Shown here in pieces: positions 28,829 through 39,282 of a stretch of DNA of 64,000 bases. Source of the DNA: Acidobacteriota bacterium (GTDB lineage Bacteria > Acidobacteriota > UBA6911 > RPQK01 > JAJDTT01). The first letter of the stretch is position 1; every line of letters begins with the position of its first letter. A program made the translations under genes and the position numbers. Below the pieces are notes generated by a model. The model searched no databases. It had not been told where the DNA came from and saw nothing but the letters and a program-made list of their open reading frames with translations. The DNA lies in contig CBDCJH010000002.1 of NCBI GenBank assembly GCA_965217775.1, positions 5,216,001-5,280,000 of the forward strand, given 5' to 3'.

Positions 28829-29860
28829 TTGTTTCGGTTCGGTGAACCGCAACTGCTGTATCTGTTGGTTCTGTTGCCGCTGTTGCCGGCTTTTCTGTTC
28901 TGGGTAATCCGGCGTAAACGGCGCGGGATCCGGGTCCTGGTGGGTCCCCACATGGCGCCCCGGCTCACCGGGAACTCCAGCAGCCGGCGCCAGTGGTCCA
29001 AGGGGCTGCTGGTGGTGGCCGCCGTCGGCCTGCTGTTGGGTGGTCTGGCCCGGCCCCAGTTCGGGACCCGTTTGGAGACGGTGGAAAGAGAGGGACAGGA
29101 TCTGGTGGTGGTCCTGGATCTGTCCGCCTCCATGCTGGCCCGGGACATCCAGCCGAACCGCCTGGAAAAGGCCAAGCACGCCATCGGCACGCTCATCGGC
29201 CTGCTGGAGGGGGACCGCATCGGGATCGTGGGGTTCGCCGGAGAGGCGTTCGTCCAATGTCCCCTGACCCTCGACTACGGGGCGGCCAGGACGCTGCTGG
29301 CCTCCATGGGTCCGGAGTCGATCCCGGTGCCGGGAACCGCGTTGGGCGAAGCCCTGCGCAAGGGGTTGGAGCTCTTCTCGGCCGAGGAGAAGAAGCACAA
29401 GGTGATGGTTCTGATCACCGACGGCGAAGACCATTTGGGACGGCCCCTGGAAGTGGCCCGGGAGGCGGCCGGCCAGGGAGTGGTCATCCACGCCGTGGGA
29501 ATCGGGTCGATGCAGGGAACCCCCATACCGGTCTTCGATTCCGAAGGCCGTGCCCAGGGTTTCAAGAAGAACAGGTCAGGCGAAGTGGTGATGACGCGGC
29601 TGGACGAGAGCACGCTTCGGGAGTTGGCCGAGGAGACGGGGGGCACCTATCACCGGGCCTCGCCTGGAGAGTCGGAATTGGAGGGGATCTACGGAGAAGT
29701 GGCGGCCATGGACAAGAAGCAGCTTGCCTCCATCCAGGTGGCCCAATATGAGGAGCGGTTTCAGATTCCCGTCCTGTTGGGTCTGGTGCTGCTGTTGGCC
29801 GACGTCCTGTTGTCCGAGCGGCGGCGGGTCGACAGAGTCTGGAGAGGGCGTTTTCGGTGA
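28829..29860 (+). CDS. batB: BatB VWA protein
   Basis: ARPQFG, DLSASM, ITDGEDH, ERFQ. Confidence 0.88.
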   Translation: MFRFGEPQLLYLLVLLPLLPAFLFWVIRRKRRGIRVLVGPHMAPRLTGNSSSRRQWSKGLLVVAAVGLLLGGLARPQFGTRLETVEREGQDLVVVLDLSASMLARDIQPNRLEKAKHAIGTLIGLLEGDRIGIVGFAGEAFVQCPLTLDYGAARTLLASMGPESIPVPGTALGEALRKGLELFSAEEKKHKVMVLITDGEDHLGRPLEVAREAAGQGVVIHAVGIGSMQGTPIPVFDSEGRAQGFKKNRSGEVVMTRLDESTLRELAEETGGTYHRASPGESELEGIYGEVAAMDKKQLASIQVAQYEERFQIPVLLGLVLLLADVLLSERRRVDRVWRGRFR

Positions 29861-30744
29861 TCGGGTTTCGGCGTCTGTTCGCAGGACTGTTGCTGGCGGG
29901 ACTGCTGTCCGGCTCCCAGCCTCTCTGGAGCCAGGCCGGCAGGGAGAAAGTTCTGGAGGGGAACCGGAATTTCTCGGAAGGGGACTACGACAAGGCTCTG
30001 GAGCTGTACCGGGAGGCACTGGAAGAGAGCCCGGAATCTTCGACCATCCGTTTCAATCTGGGGGATGCGCACTTCAAGAAAGAAGATATGGAGGATGCCG
30101 CGGATTCCTTCTCCCAGGCGTTGCAGTCGGAGGACCCCGAGATCGAGTCCCGGGCCCAGTATAATCTGGGCAACTCGCTCTATCGCCAGGGCAAGCTCCA
30201 GGAGAGCCTGAGCGCATACCGGGAGGCGCTGAAGCTGGCGCCCGGCGACCGGGACGCCAAGCACAATCTGGAGTTCGTGCTCAAGCAATTGCAGGAGCAG
30301 CAACAGCAGCAGAAGAATCAGAACCAACAGGGAGACGGGGAGCAGGATAAGGACAAGGATAAGAACCGGGACGAGAGTCAGTCCGACGGCGAGGATCAGT
30401 CACAGCAGGGCCAAGAGGACCGGCCGGAAGATCAGGAGGGCCAGGACCAGCAGGAAGAGGGGCAACAGTCCCGGGACCAGAATGACCGGCCGGATTCCGA
30501 AGATCCTGAACAGCGCCCGGGGGACCCACAGGAAAACAGGGACGAGAAGTCTCGCGCCGGCAGTGGCGACCAGCAACGGGAACCCGCTCAGGAGGACCAG
30601 GTTCAGACTCCTCCCAGTGGTTCCCAACCCATGTCTCGTGAAGCAGCAGAGCGGCTCCTGGAGGCCCTGGCTCAGGCCCAGGCGGGCGTCAAGAAGAAAC
30701 TCGAATTGCGCCCGGGAACCGTGAAGGTAGAGAAGGACTGGTGA
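29857..30744 (+). CDS. batC: BatC TPR protein
   Basis: TPRs (YNLGNSLY), Q/D/E-rich linker, EKDW C-terminus. Confidence 0.88.
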   Translation: MIGFRRLFAGLLLAGLLSGSQPLWSQAGREKVLEGNRNFSEGDYDKALELYREALEESPESSTIRFNLGDAHFKKEDMEDAADSFSQALQSEDPEIESRAQYNLGNSLYRQGKLQESLSAYREALKLAPGDRDAKHNLEFVLKQLQEQQQQQKNQNQQGDGEQDKDKDKNRDESQSDGEDQSQQGQEDRPEDQEGQDQQEEGQQSRDQNDRPDSEDPEQRPGDPQENRDEKSRAGSGDQQREPAQEDQVQTPPSGSQPMSREAAERLLEALAQAQAGVKKKLELRPGTVKVEKDW

Positions 30745-32573
30745 GAAGGATCTGCGGAACACTTCTGGCAGCGGTCCTGCTTTGCGGACCGGCAGGCGGT
30801 CAGGACCCGGCCGTCCAGGCGTTTCTGGACCGTACTTCCGTCTTCGTGGGCCAGCAGTTCACACTCTCGGTGGAGGTTTCGGGCAGGGGCGCCACCGGTG
30901 CCGGAGAGCCGAGCTTGCCTCCCATGGAGGAGTTCGCCGCGTTCCTGGGAAGGCGGAGTTCCCAGCAGTATCGGTTGGTGAACGGACGCATGTCCGCGTC
31001 CAGGACCTTCAGCTTCCATTTTCAGGCCACCCGGGAAGGCGAGTTCGAGATCGGCGCGGTCCAGGTGCAACTGGACCGCAGGGTCCACAAGACGGCCCCT
31101 CTTCGGATCCGGATCGGCGGCACCGGTCGACCGGCGCCCACTCCTCGTGGCGACCGCCGGCCGGCGGGCACGGCTGCCCAATCCGATCTCTTTGTGCGTG
31201 CAACGGCCGACCGGGAGCGCATTTATGAGAACCAGGCCCTGGTGGTGACTTACAAGATCTATACGCGCGTCAGCGTTTCCTCGTACGGGATCTCCAAGCA
31301 GCCGGACACGGCTGGTTTCTGGGTGGAAGACTATCCGCAGACCCGGCAGCCACATACCGAGGAAGTGATCGACGGACGGCGATATAGGGTGGCGCTGATC
31401 AAGAGGATGGCGCTTTTCCCCACCGGCGCTGGGGAAAAGGAGGTCGGCCCCCTGGTCCTGGAATGCCGGGTCCGGACCCGAGGCGTCTCCCGGGACCCCT
31501 TCCGAGGCTTTTTCAGCGGTGATCTCTTCGGCCGGGAGGTGACCCGGCAACTGGCTTCCGATTCGCTTCGGGTGCAAGTCCTGCCCTTGCCCCAGGAGGG
31601 CAGGCCCCCGGAATTCCAGGGCGCCGTGGGAAGTTTCTCCATTGCTGGTCAATTGGACAAGTCTCAGGTCAAGGCCAACGAGGCCCTGACCTACAAGGTT
31701 CGGATTTCCGGCAGCGGCAATCTGGCCGGACTGAGCGAGCCCCAAATTTCCTTCCCTTCCAGCTTCGAAGTCTACCCGCCAAAGGTGGAGCAGCAGATCA
31801 GACGGGATCCGAGCGGGATCTCGGGAGAGAAGACCTACGAATACGTGCTCATTCCCCGCCGTCCCGGTCCGGTGCGGCTGGAGCCGGTGAAGCTGGCCTA
31901 CTTCGACCCGGTCGAGGGCGCCTACCGGATCAGCCGCGCTCCCGAGTTGTCCGTCAACGTGGCGCCGGGAGACCACTTGGCGGAAGCGGCGGAAGCAGGG
32001 CTCTCCCGCCAGGAGGTGAAGCTGCTGGGACAGGATATCCGGTTCATCAAGATCGGGTCCGATCCATTCCGCAAGACCGGCGAGTCCTTGCTGACGGCCA
32101 AGGGGTTCTGGATTCCCTTCTCCTTGCCCCTGCTTTTCCTTCTGGGCGCCGTCGGTTACAGGCGGCATCTGACGCGGCTCAAGGGAGACGTAGCCTACGC
32201 GCGGGCCAGGAGGGCTCGCCGCGTCTCCCGGAAGAGACTGGCCCACGCCCGGACCCACTTGGCCCAGGGTGCCGAGAAAGAGTTCTACCAAGCCGTGGGA
32301 AAGGCACTCATGGGCTATCTGGCCGACAAGCTCAACGTGGCCCAAGCCGGAATGGTCAGTCAGGAGGTCAAGGAGACTTTGCGGGCCAGGGGAATCTCGG
32401 AAGAGTCCCTCACGGGCTATTTCGACTGTCTCCAGATCTGTGATTTGAAGCAGTTCGCGCCGTCTTCCTCCGCCGAGCAGGAAATGCAGGACCTGATGGC
32501 CAGCGCCCGGGACGCCGTGACCCGGATGGAGCAGGAGTTCGCCTCCCGCCCGGAAAGAAGGTATTCTCAGTGA
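30741..32573 (+). CDS. batD: BatD protein
   Basis: Repeated Ig-like domains, FQGAVG, ISGSGNL, late TM helix. Confidence 0.88.
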   Translation: MRRICGTLLAAVLLCGPAGGQDPAVQAFLDRTSVFVGQQFTLSVEVSGRGATGAGEPSLPPMEEFAAFLGRRSSQQYRLVNGRMSASRTFSFHFQATREGEFEIGAVQVQLDRRVHKTAPLRIRIGGTGRPAPTPRGDRRPAGTAAQSDLFVRATADRERIYENQALVVTYKIYTRVSVSSYGISKQPDTAGFWVEDYPQTRQPHTEEVIDGRRYRVALIKRMALFPTGAGEKEVGPLVLECRVRTRGVSRDPFRGFFSGDLFGREVTRQLASDSLRVQVLPLPQEGRPPEFQGAVGSFSIAGQLDKSQVKANEALTYKVRISGSGNLAGLSEPQISFPSSFEVYPPKVEQQIRRDPSGISGEKTYEYVLIPRRPGPVRLEPVKLAYFDPVEGAYRISRAPELSVNVAPGDHLAEAAEAGLSRQEVKLLGQDIRFIKIGSDPFRKTGESLLTAKGFWIPFSLPLLFLLGAVGYRRHLTRLKGDVAYARARRARRVSRKRLAHARTHLAQGAEKEFYQAVGKALMGYLADKLNVAQAGMVSQEVKETLRARGISEESLTGYFDCLQICDLKQFAPSSSAEQEMQDLMASARDAVTRMEQEFASRPERRYSQ

Positions 32574-33331
32574 ACCCACGGGCGATCGCTCTGCTCTCGC
32601 TGACTTTGATCTTCGCTCCGGTTTGGGGGGACTCTCGGGAGGGTCTCTTCCAACAGGGCAACCGAAATTACGAGGCTGGTGAATACCGGAAGGCCCTGGA
32701 GAGCTACGCGAGCGTTGCCGCCATGGGTTACGAGTCGGGCCCACTCTATTTCAACATGGGAAATTGCTACTACAAGCTCGGCGAGACGGGGCAGGCCATT
32801 CTTCACTACGAGCGCGCGGCTCGACTGATCCCCGGAGATGAGGATCTGGAGGTGAACCTGTCACTGGCACGGCTCAAGGTGGTCGATCAAATTCCCGAGC
32901 TGCCCCGGTTCCGGCTCCTGGTCCTCTTGGAGCGCTTCGTGTTCTTTCTTCCCCGCAGCGCTCTATGGGTCCTGATGTGGAGTTCCTACGCCGTTCTGGT
33001 GGCTGCCTGGATCCTCAGGCTTCTTTGGAGTCGGGGCCGCAGGTTCACCGGCAAGATCGTCTGGGCCGGAGTTCTCCTGCTGATCGGGTCCTCCCTATGC
33101 TTGGCTGGTCAGATTCGCCAGGAGAGAGAACCCTCCGAGGCCATCATCCTGGCCCAGGAGGCCCGGGCCGTGAGTGCCCCGGGAGAAGAAGGCATCCAGG
33201 TCTTCACGCTCCACGAGGGGACCAAGGTGCGAATTCAGGAAGTCTCGGGGTCATGGGTCGAAGTCCTTCTCGCCGACGGTAATGTAGGATGGCTGAAGGC
33301 CGACTCCATGGCCAGGATCGCTCAGCAATGA
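32570..33331 (+). CDS. batE: BatE (TPR + SH3b)
   Basis: YFNMGNCYYK, LHEGTKV, GW at the C-terminus. Confidence 0.88.
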   Translation: MNPRAIALLSLTLIFAPVWGDSREGLFQQGNRNYEAGEYRKALESYASVAAMGYESGPLYFNMGNCYYKLGETGQAILHYERAARLIPGDEDLEVNLSLARLKVVDQIPELPRFRLLVLLERFVFFLPRSALWVLMWSSYAVLVAAWILRLLWSRGRRFTGKIVWAGVLLLIGSSLCLAGQIRQEREPSEAIILAQEARAVSAPGEEGIQVFTLHEGTKVRIQEVSGSWVEVLLADGNVGWLKADSMARIAQQ

Positions 33332-34101
33332 GATCGAAAATCGGAAAGCCGGTGGTTTTGGTGCTGGCCGCAGCGCTCCTGATAGCGGGACCCGTGTTTG
33401 GGGCGATCCGGCAGCAGGAGAAGCCGATCCATCTCATCGAGGCTGCCGAACGGGGAGACGTGGACGCGGTGAAGTACCTCCTGGACCTCGGTGTGGACGT
33501 CAACGGGAGGGACGAGCAGGGAACCACGGCTCTGACCGCCGCCGCTTGGGTGGGTCAGACCGAAGTGGTCAAGATCCTGTTGGAACGAGGCTCCGAGATC
33601 GATCCCCGGGATGAACTGGCCGGAATGACACCCCTCATCTGGGCCTGCTGGAAGGGATATGGTCAAACCGTGGGGGTTCTTCTGGAAGCCGCAGCCGACG
33701 TGAACCTCAAGGACAAGAACGAACGGGGCGGGCTCATGGGAGCCGCCTGGGAGGGGCACACAGGGATCGTCAGGATGTTGCTTGCCGCCGGCGCCCAGTT
33801 GGAATCGCGTGATTACACTGGCGCCACCGCCCTGATGTGGGCCGCCTGGAACGGCCGCCTGGAAACCACCCAAGCCCTGCTGGCGGCCGGGGCCGCCATC
33901 GATGCCCGCGAGAACGAAGGCAAGACGGCACTCATCGGCGCGGCGACGGACGGCCATCTGCCAGTGGTGCAAGCGCTGGTGAACGCGGGAGCTCGACTGG
34001 ACGTCAAGGACCAGAAGGGCCTTACCGCCCTTTCGGCCGCAGCCTCCAACCGCCACACCGAGGTCGTCCGCTATCTACAAGAGGCCGGCGCCACCAGGTA
34101 A
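33328..34101 (+). CDS. secreted ankyrin-repeat protein
   Basis: Signal peptide plus about 7 ankyrin repeats; ATG overlaps the batE stop. Confidence 0.9.
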   Translation: MRSKIGKPVVLVLAAALLIAGPVFGAIRQQEKPIHLIEAAERGDVDAVKYLLDLGVDVNGRDEQGTTALTAAAWVGQTEVVKILLERGSEIDPRDELAGMTPLIWACWKGYGQTVGVLLEAAADVNLKDKNERGGLMGAAWEGHTGIVRMLLAAGAQLESRDYTGATALMWAAWNGRLETTQALLAAGAAIDARENEGKTALIGAATDGHLPVVQALVNAGARLDVKDQKGLTALSAAASNRHTEVVRYLQEAGATR

Positions 34102-34174
34102 CTGAATCCCGGGACCCCGGGCGTTGAGATAGCTCCTCAGTCTCCTTCTCTCACTCCTCACTCCTCGTTTCCCG

Positions 34175-34296
34175 TCACTTCCAACCCGGCACGAACTCCC
34201 GGTCCCCAGGAATGACGTTCAACTGTTTCCTCCCTTCAACTGTTTCCTCCCCCCGAACTCCCGGTCCCCAGGAATGACGTTCAACTGTTTCCTCCC
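34175..34296 (-). pseudogene. diverged copy of the sulfatase 3' end with nested tandem duplications
   Basis: RKQLNVIPGDREFVPGWK* vs RRQLNVIPGDRGFEPGWE* at 35929-35985; a 42-bp unit is repeated at 34193 and 34255. Confidence 0.8.
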
Positions 34297-34298
34297 CC

Positions 34299-34432
34299 GG
34301 AAAGGGACAGTCTCGATTCCCGGTCCGCGATTCCGGTCCGCGGTCTCGATTCCCGGTCTCGCGCGATTCCCGGAACGGGAACGGCTCAACAGAACGGTTC
34401 AACAGACCGCGGAAAGGGACAGTCTCGATTCC
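34299..34432 (-). repeat. two GACTGTCCC-core motifs left of RAYT
   Basis: GGAAAGGGACAGTCTCGATTCC at 34299-34320 and 34411-34432. Confidence 0.85.
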
Positions 34433-34579
34433 GGGTCGCGATCCTCGTTCAAATCTGCTTCCCTCGTTCTCCTGAACCGTCAGAAAAATGGGGAAAGTCC
34501 AGAGTCTATTGGGCGGTTTCCGTGATCTGGGTCGTCCGGTGCCACGGTGGCAGAATCGACGGACGGAGATCAGGCGAGT

Positions 34580-35515
34580 CTACGTGACGAAGGCGTGCGA
34601 GCGCTGCTCCCGCAGGGAAAACAGCACTCCGCCCAGTTGGGGGATGGGGTGTCGGCGACGCCGATATCGACCTTGCTTTCGATACGTCTCCAGCAGTTGC
34701 GCCACTTTCTCTGCCGGACCGACGGCCAATCCGTCCGTCAGAAATCGCAAACGACGGCGAAAGGCTCCGGCACGGGTAAATCCACGTCGCTGCTCCTGAT
34801 GGAGGATCCACCGGGGGATTGCGGCCTGGTTCTCCCGGGTGGGGACGGCTCCTCGATAGTACAAGCGAGCCCGGTAACTCCTGTACACGTCGGTTCCCGG
34901 ATCCGAGGGGAACAGTTCCTCCAATGGAATCAGGTCGTGATCCTTGCCGGTGAGTCTCCAGCGGGCTGAGCCCCACTTCCATTGCTCGGGCCGCTTGACC
35001 AGTCCGGCTCGGACGGCGTTGAGTTCCACGTAAAGAATGGCGTCTTGGACCGCTTCGGTTCCCAATAGTTCCGGGTTCTTGAAACGTTCACTCCAAAAAT
35101 GGCCTCGCCGTCGAAACTGGTGGTTGAACCACACGGCATACAGCCCGTCCACGTTCTGCATCAGTTTCGACACGTCAAAGAGACGCTGGTTGAAAGCCTT
35201 CCATTGGGCGACGGTCCAATCGGCGGTTTTCTTCTCTACCTTTCGCCCATAAAGCTTGTCGGCGCTCTCCATCAACTCCTTGCGGGACAAGGAGCGAGGC
35301 TTCTCAAAATGGACGACGAAGTGGAAGTGATTGCCCATGATCTGAAACGCGGCCAAACGACACCGGTAGACACTGACGTAGAACAAAATCATGTCCAGGA
35401 GTTTGCGACGGGCTCGCCGGTCTTCGAAGGGGAACCAATCGGTCCAGCCAGTGACTCGATTGGTGAGGTGATAGAAGGCGGCTTCCTTGCTTTTGTGTCG
35501 CGCGGTTCGGGGCAT
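34580..35515 (-). mobile_element. REP-associated tyrosine transposase (RAYT / Y1 HUH, IS200-like)
   Basis: MPRTAR, YHLTNR, IMGNHFHFVV (HUH), GHFWSERF, YVELNAVRAGLV..PEQWKWGS. Confidence 0.9.
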
Positions 35516-35706
35516 GGGCACGGTCCTCGGTTAATCGGACTCGGTCTCGGAGGGGAGTCAGTTCGCACCCCTGATGACAACAACGATTCAGAATTGAGAA
35601 AGGCGAAGGAAACTCAAGAAAATCAGCAAATCTCGGGTTTCCGGAAGTAGCCGAGGAAGCTTGACCAGGTGACCACCTGAGTCGTCTCAGGACGGAAAAA
35701 CACAGG

Positions 35707-35758
35707 ACGGAAAAACAGACTGTCCCCTTCTCACGGAAAAACAGACTGTCCCCTTCTC
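35707..35758 (+). repeat. tandem pair of 26-bp GACTGTCCC-core motifs right of RAYT
   Basis: ACGGAAAAACAGACTGTCCCCTTCTC twice; inverted relative to the left pair. Confidence 0.88.
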
Positions 35759-35759
35759 A

Positions 35760-35848
35760 AGAAGGGTCTCACTGCCCTTGGGGCCGCAGCTTCCAACCGG
35801 CACACAGAGGTCGTCCGCTATCTACAAGAGGCCGGCGCCACCAGGTAG
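35760..35848 (+). pseudogene. diverged duplicate of the ankyrin gene 3' end (34013-34101)
   Basis: KGLTALGAAASNRHTEVVRYLQEAGATR*; 7 silent changes (including the stop) and 1 amino-acid change; 35807-35847 is identical to 34060-34100. Confidence 0.92.
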
Positions 35849-35855
35849 GGGCTCC

Positions 35856-35918
35856 TGGGAGGGGACATTCTTGTCCCCCGGACATCCCGGAATCGAGGGT
35901 TACAAACCCCCACTCCCA
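35856..35918. repeat. degenerate REP doublet between convergent genes
   Basis: TGGGAGGGGACATTCTTGTCCCC...GAGGGTTACAAACCCCCACTCCCA. Confidence 0.5.
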
Positions 35919-35928
35919 TGCCTCCCCG

Positions 35929-37344
35929 TTACTCCCAACCCGGTTCGAAACCCCGGTCTCCGGGGATGACGTTCAACTGTCTCCGCAAGTCGAGGCAAGC
36001 CTCCTCCCAGCGGTCGAGGTCATCCCTGAGTCGGCTGACGGCGTCCGGGACCGCCGCCCGCTGCAGGAGGTTGTCCAGTTCGCAGGGATCCTGCATGAGA
36101 TCGTAGGCTTCGTCACCGTACTGGGGATCCCGGATGTAGGAGAACTCCTGGCTCCGCCCGGCTCGAACCAGGGCGTTTCGCCGACCCGAATTGAAGGTTC
36201 CGGTGGGAAAGGTTGACTTGAGGTGTCCATGGTAGTCGCCGACTTGGGCGAAGGCGACACGGCGCAGCGGCCGTCTCGCTCCCCGGCCCACCCACGCCAT
36301 CAGGTCCCGGCCCTGAGCGTATTCGGGAACCGGAATGCCGGCCAGGGAGAGGAAGGTGGGAAAAAGATCCACGAGATCCACGAGGCCGGGGATCCGGATT
36401 CCCCGGTGAGCCGTCAGATTCGTGGGTGGGCGGATCACCAGCGGGACGTGGGTCAGGCATTCGTACGGAACCTCGCACTTCTCGAAGAGTCCCTTCTCCC
36501 CCATGAAATCGCCGTGGTCGGAGGCGAAGATCACCCAGGTGTTCTCCAACAGGTCCCTTTCCACCAGAGCCTGGAAGACCCGATTCATCTGGTCGTCCAC
36601 GTAGCGGATCATTCCGTTGTAGACGGCCACGACCTTCTTGAGATCGTGTTCGGAAGCCTCCTCGGTTCTGACTTCCTTGAGAGCCTGGTTTTGCCAAGCG
36701 GGCCTTTCTCCGTCGTGGTCCATCACCGGGAGATCGACCTGACCGGGGTCCACCATGGAATCGTAGGGGGGAGGCACGAAATAGGAAGGATGGGGGTCGT
36801 TGAAGGAGAAGTGGAGAAAGAAAGGCATTCGGGACCGCCGTGCCGTGTCGATCATGCGGATCGACCGATCCGCCAGCAGCGCCGAATGTCCCTCCTCGGG
36901 AGCGCAATCGATGGCTCCGCAGGACCAGCCCACGTCTCTGCGGCCATGGGAGTACTTGGTCTCCAGGGCGCGGGCCAACGGACCAGGCTCGCGCAGGTCC
37001 ACCTGTTCATACCAGCCGCGGCTCAGGTTCCTACCTTGTTCGAAATGACCCGAGACCGCGGTGTAGTAACCGTGCGAGGCGAAGAACTCGGACATCTGCG
37101 GCAGGTTCAGGGGAGCTTTGTTCTGCCAACAGGTGACCTGGTGGACCAGCGGATGCACCCCGGTGAAGACGGAGGCCCGGCTGGGGGTGCAGATGGTGCT
37201 GGCGGCATAGGTCTCGGGGAAAGTGATTCCCTCTGCCGCCAGACCCTCCATGAAGGGGCAGGAGATCAAGGGGTTCCCCAGAATGGGCGCCGCCGAGGCC
37301 TTGAGTTGGTCGGCAGTGATGTAGACGAGGTTGGGCTTGTCCAA
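35929..37344 (-). CDS. sulfatase (Cys-type)
   Basis: PNLVYITADQ, CTPSRAS FGly motif, DPH, SDHGD. Confidence 0.93.
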   Translation of the reverse strand: MDKPNLVYITADQLKASAAPILGNPLISCPFMEGLAAEGITFPETYAASTICTPSRASVFTGVHPLVHQVTCWQNKAPLNLPQMSEFFASHGYYTAVSGHFEQGRNLSRGWYEQVDLREPGPLARALETKYSHGRRDVGWSCGAIDCAPEEGHSALLADRSIRMIDTARRSRMPFFLHFSFNDPHPSYFVPPPYDSMVDPGQVDLPVMDHDGERPAWQNQALKEVRTEEASEHDLKKVVAVYNGMIRYVDDQMNRVFQALVERDLLENTWVIFASDHGDFMGEKGLFEKCEVPYECLTHVPLVIRPPTNLTAHRGIRIPGLVDLVDLFPTFLSLAGIPVPEYAQGRDLMAWVGRGARRPLRRVAFAQVGDYHGHLKSTFPTGTFNSGRRNALVRAGRSQEFSYIRDPQYGDEAYDLMQDPCELDNLLQRAAVPDAVSRLRDDLDRWEEACLDLRRQLNVIPGDRGFEPGWE

Positions 37345-37387
37345 AGTCTTCAGTTCCGGAGGCCGCTACAAATCCTTTGAGATCCCC

Positions 37388-39163
37388 TCAGTGCGGCGCG
37401 ATCCGATGGGTCGACGTCGCCATCCTTCCGGTGAGACTCTGGCGGACCACGACCACGAGGTCGTGGGGCCCATCCGGCGCGATCCGTGCCGCCATGGGGA
37501 CGAAGTGCTTGTAGCGGAGGAATTTGGACAGATCCTGCTGATTGAAGTCCAGGTCGAATCTCTCAACGAAGTAGAAGTTGTCTCCGACCCATTTCCCGGC
37601 GTCGTCGAAGAGTGCCCCGAACATCTCGATGACGCACCGGTTCTGTCCTCCCTGGGATCTGAAGATGAAGGAGCCGGTGGGAATTCGGGCCTGGACCTGC
37701 ACCTGCCCCTTTCGGTTCAGGATCTGAGTGTCGACGGGAAAGTCCCGGAACAGGTCGGGGAACTTGAAGGCGTTGGCCAGATCGACGGTTTCGGCTTCTC
37801 GCGGGTCCTCTTCGACGTAACCTTCCCGGTACCGCAACCGGATGCCCTTTCTTCTGACCTTCACCTTGATCTTGTGGAACTTGCCCTGCTTCCGGATCGA
37901 GGACGGGACGTATCCCAAAAGGTAGTACTGACTGCCGTCCCGGTAGGCACTGCGGATCGGGCGTTCCAGGTCGTTGTCGTCGGCGAACCAGAGCCCACCG
38001 GTCTCCATCGAGAGGGAGGCCAGAAACTGGTGCGGGGCGGTGATGTCCTCGGTGGAGTAGGTTGGGTAAAGGTAATTGCCCGATCCTCTGTGTTCAGGGT
38101 TGCCGATCGCAGGGACCATCAGACCTCGGGGATCGATACTGTATACCGAAACCTGGGCTCGATTGGCCTGGCGCACCGCCGACCCAAGCCGGTTGATCAG
38201 GTGGGAGGCTTGTGAGGCGCCCGCCATGTAGTTGTTGGCTGCCAGATGGATCAGGGTGACCTGTCCCGGAGAGTAGGTGACGGCTCGTTGGGAGATCAGA
38301 TGTGTGACGGTGCGCTTGGCATCGAGAGGATAGCCCTTGGAGAAGTAGATCAACTGTTTTCGTCCCGGTAGGGAGCCCAGATGCCGGGAGAGTGCGCCGA
38401 TGGCGGCGCAGGTGAAGTCCATTTGCAGTTCGACCTTCACCAGGAGATCGCGGCCATGGTCCGCTGCCTGAGAGATGGCTCCGTCCAGATTCGGATCGAG
38501 TCTCTGCTCTCCGGCCCCGGTCTGGCCGGGATCGAAGGTGTCCAGGGCTCCCGCCTCCATTCGGGCGAAGGCATAGTCCAAACTCTCCACAAACCGGGCG
38601 ATGCCGGTCTCTTCAAAATCTCTCGCGACCAGTTTGTCGAGGGTGGTGTCCAATTGGGAAATGTCGCTGGTGAAGGGCAATTCGACTCGAAACTGCGGCC
38701 GTATGCTGGCGACCATCACCCGGTCGGTGGGAGCCAGTTCGGAGCGGGCGAACCGTCGTATGGATTCCTTGACCCGTTCCAGCCCATGAAAGGACATGGC
38801 CTGCAAGTCGAACAGGAAGACGAAATAGCCCCTGTCCTGCGGGGTCGTGGGGAGGGACCTGGTGGCGAGGGTGGGCGTGGGAACGGCACCGGTTCTGACG
38901 TCCGAAACCAGTTGTTCCTCGGACCCGGCCCGTTTGCGCAGGTCGAAGAAGGTCAGTCTCTGGAGCTTGCCGTCCTCGAAGACCTGAATCTCCCCGGGCT
39001 TCAGGTCGTGGACAAATTGTCCCCGCTTGTCGGTGACCACCAGGTCGACCAGGACGACCTCGGATTGGGCTCGGAAGGAGGGGAGCAGCTCCTGCTGGGC
39101 ATCGACGGGAACGAGAGTAAACCCCAAAAGACCGATGGCCCATGGCAGGCGACGAAATCGCAT
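37388..39163 (-). CDS. VWFA-related acidobacterial-type protein
   Basis: FRAQSEVVLVDLVVTDKRG, PGRKQLIYFSKG, VYSIDPRGL, YYLLGYVP; start uncertain. Confidence 0.85.
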   Translation of the reverse strand: MRFRRLPWAIGLLGFTLVPVDAQQELLPSFRAQSEVVLVDLVVTDKRGQFVHDLKPGEIQVFEDGKLQRLTFFDLRKRAGSEEQLVSDVRTGAVPTPTLATRSLPTTPQDRGYFVFLFDLQAMSFHGLERVKESIRRFARSELAPTDRVMVASIRPQFRVELPFTSDISQLDTTLDKLVARDFEETGIARFVESLDYAFARMEAGALDTFDPGQTGAGEQRLDPNLDGAISQAADHGRDLLVKVELQMDFTCAAIGALSRHLGSLPGRKQLIYFSKGYPLDAKRTVTHLISQRAVTYSPGQVTLIHLAANNYMAGASQASHLINRLGSAVRQANRAQVSVYSIDPRGLMVPAIGNPEHRGSGNYLYPTYSTEDITAPHQFLASLSMETGGLWFADDNDLERPIRSAYRDGSQYYLLGYVPSSIRKQGKFHKIKVKVRRKGIRLRYREGYVEEDPREAETVDLANAFKFPDLFRDFPVDTQILNRKGQVQVQARIPTGSFIFRSQGGQNRCVIEMFGALFDDAGKWVGDNFYFVERFDLDFNQQDLSKFLRYKHFVPMAARIAPDGPHDLVVVVRQSLTGRMATSTHRIAPH

Positions 39164-39282
39164 GGCGGCAACAGAAAGGACTTCGATCACGGTCACAGAA
39201 TACAGATGGGGCATCTTATCAGGCCCGGTCTTCGGATGAAGCCGCGATCTCGCCAGGGTCCAACTTTGCGGACTGCCTCCGG

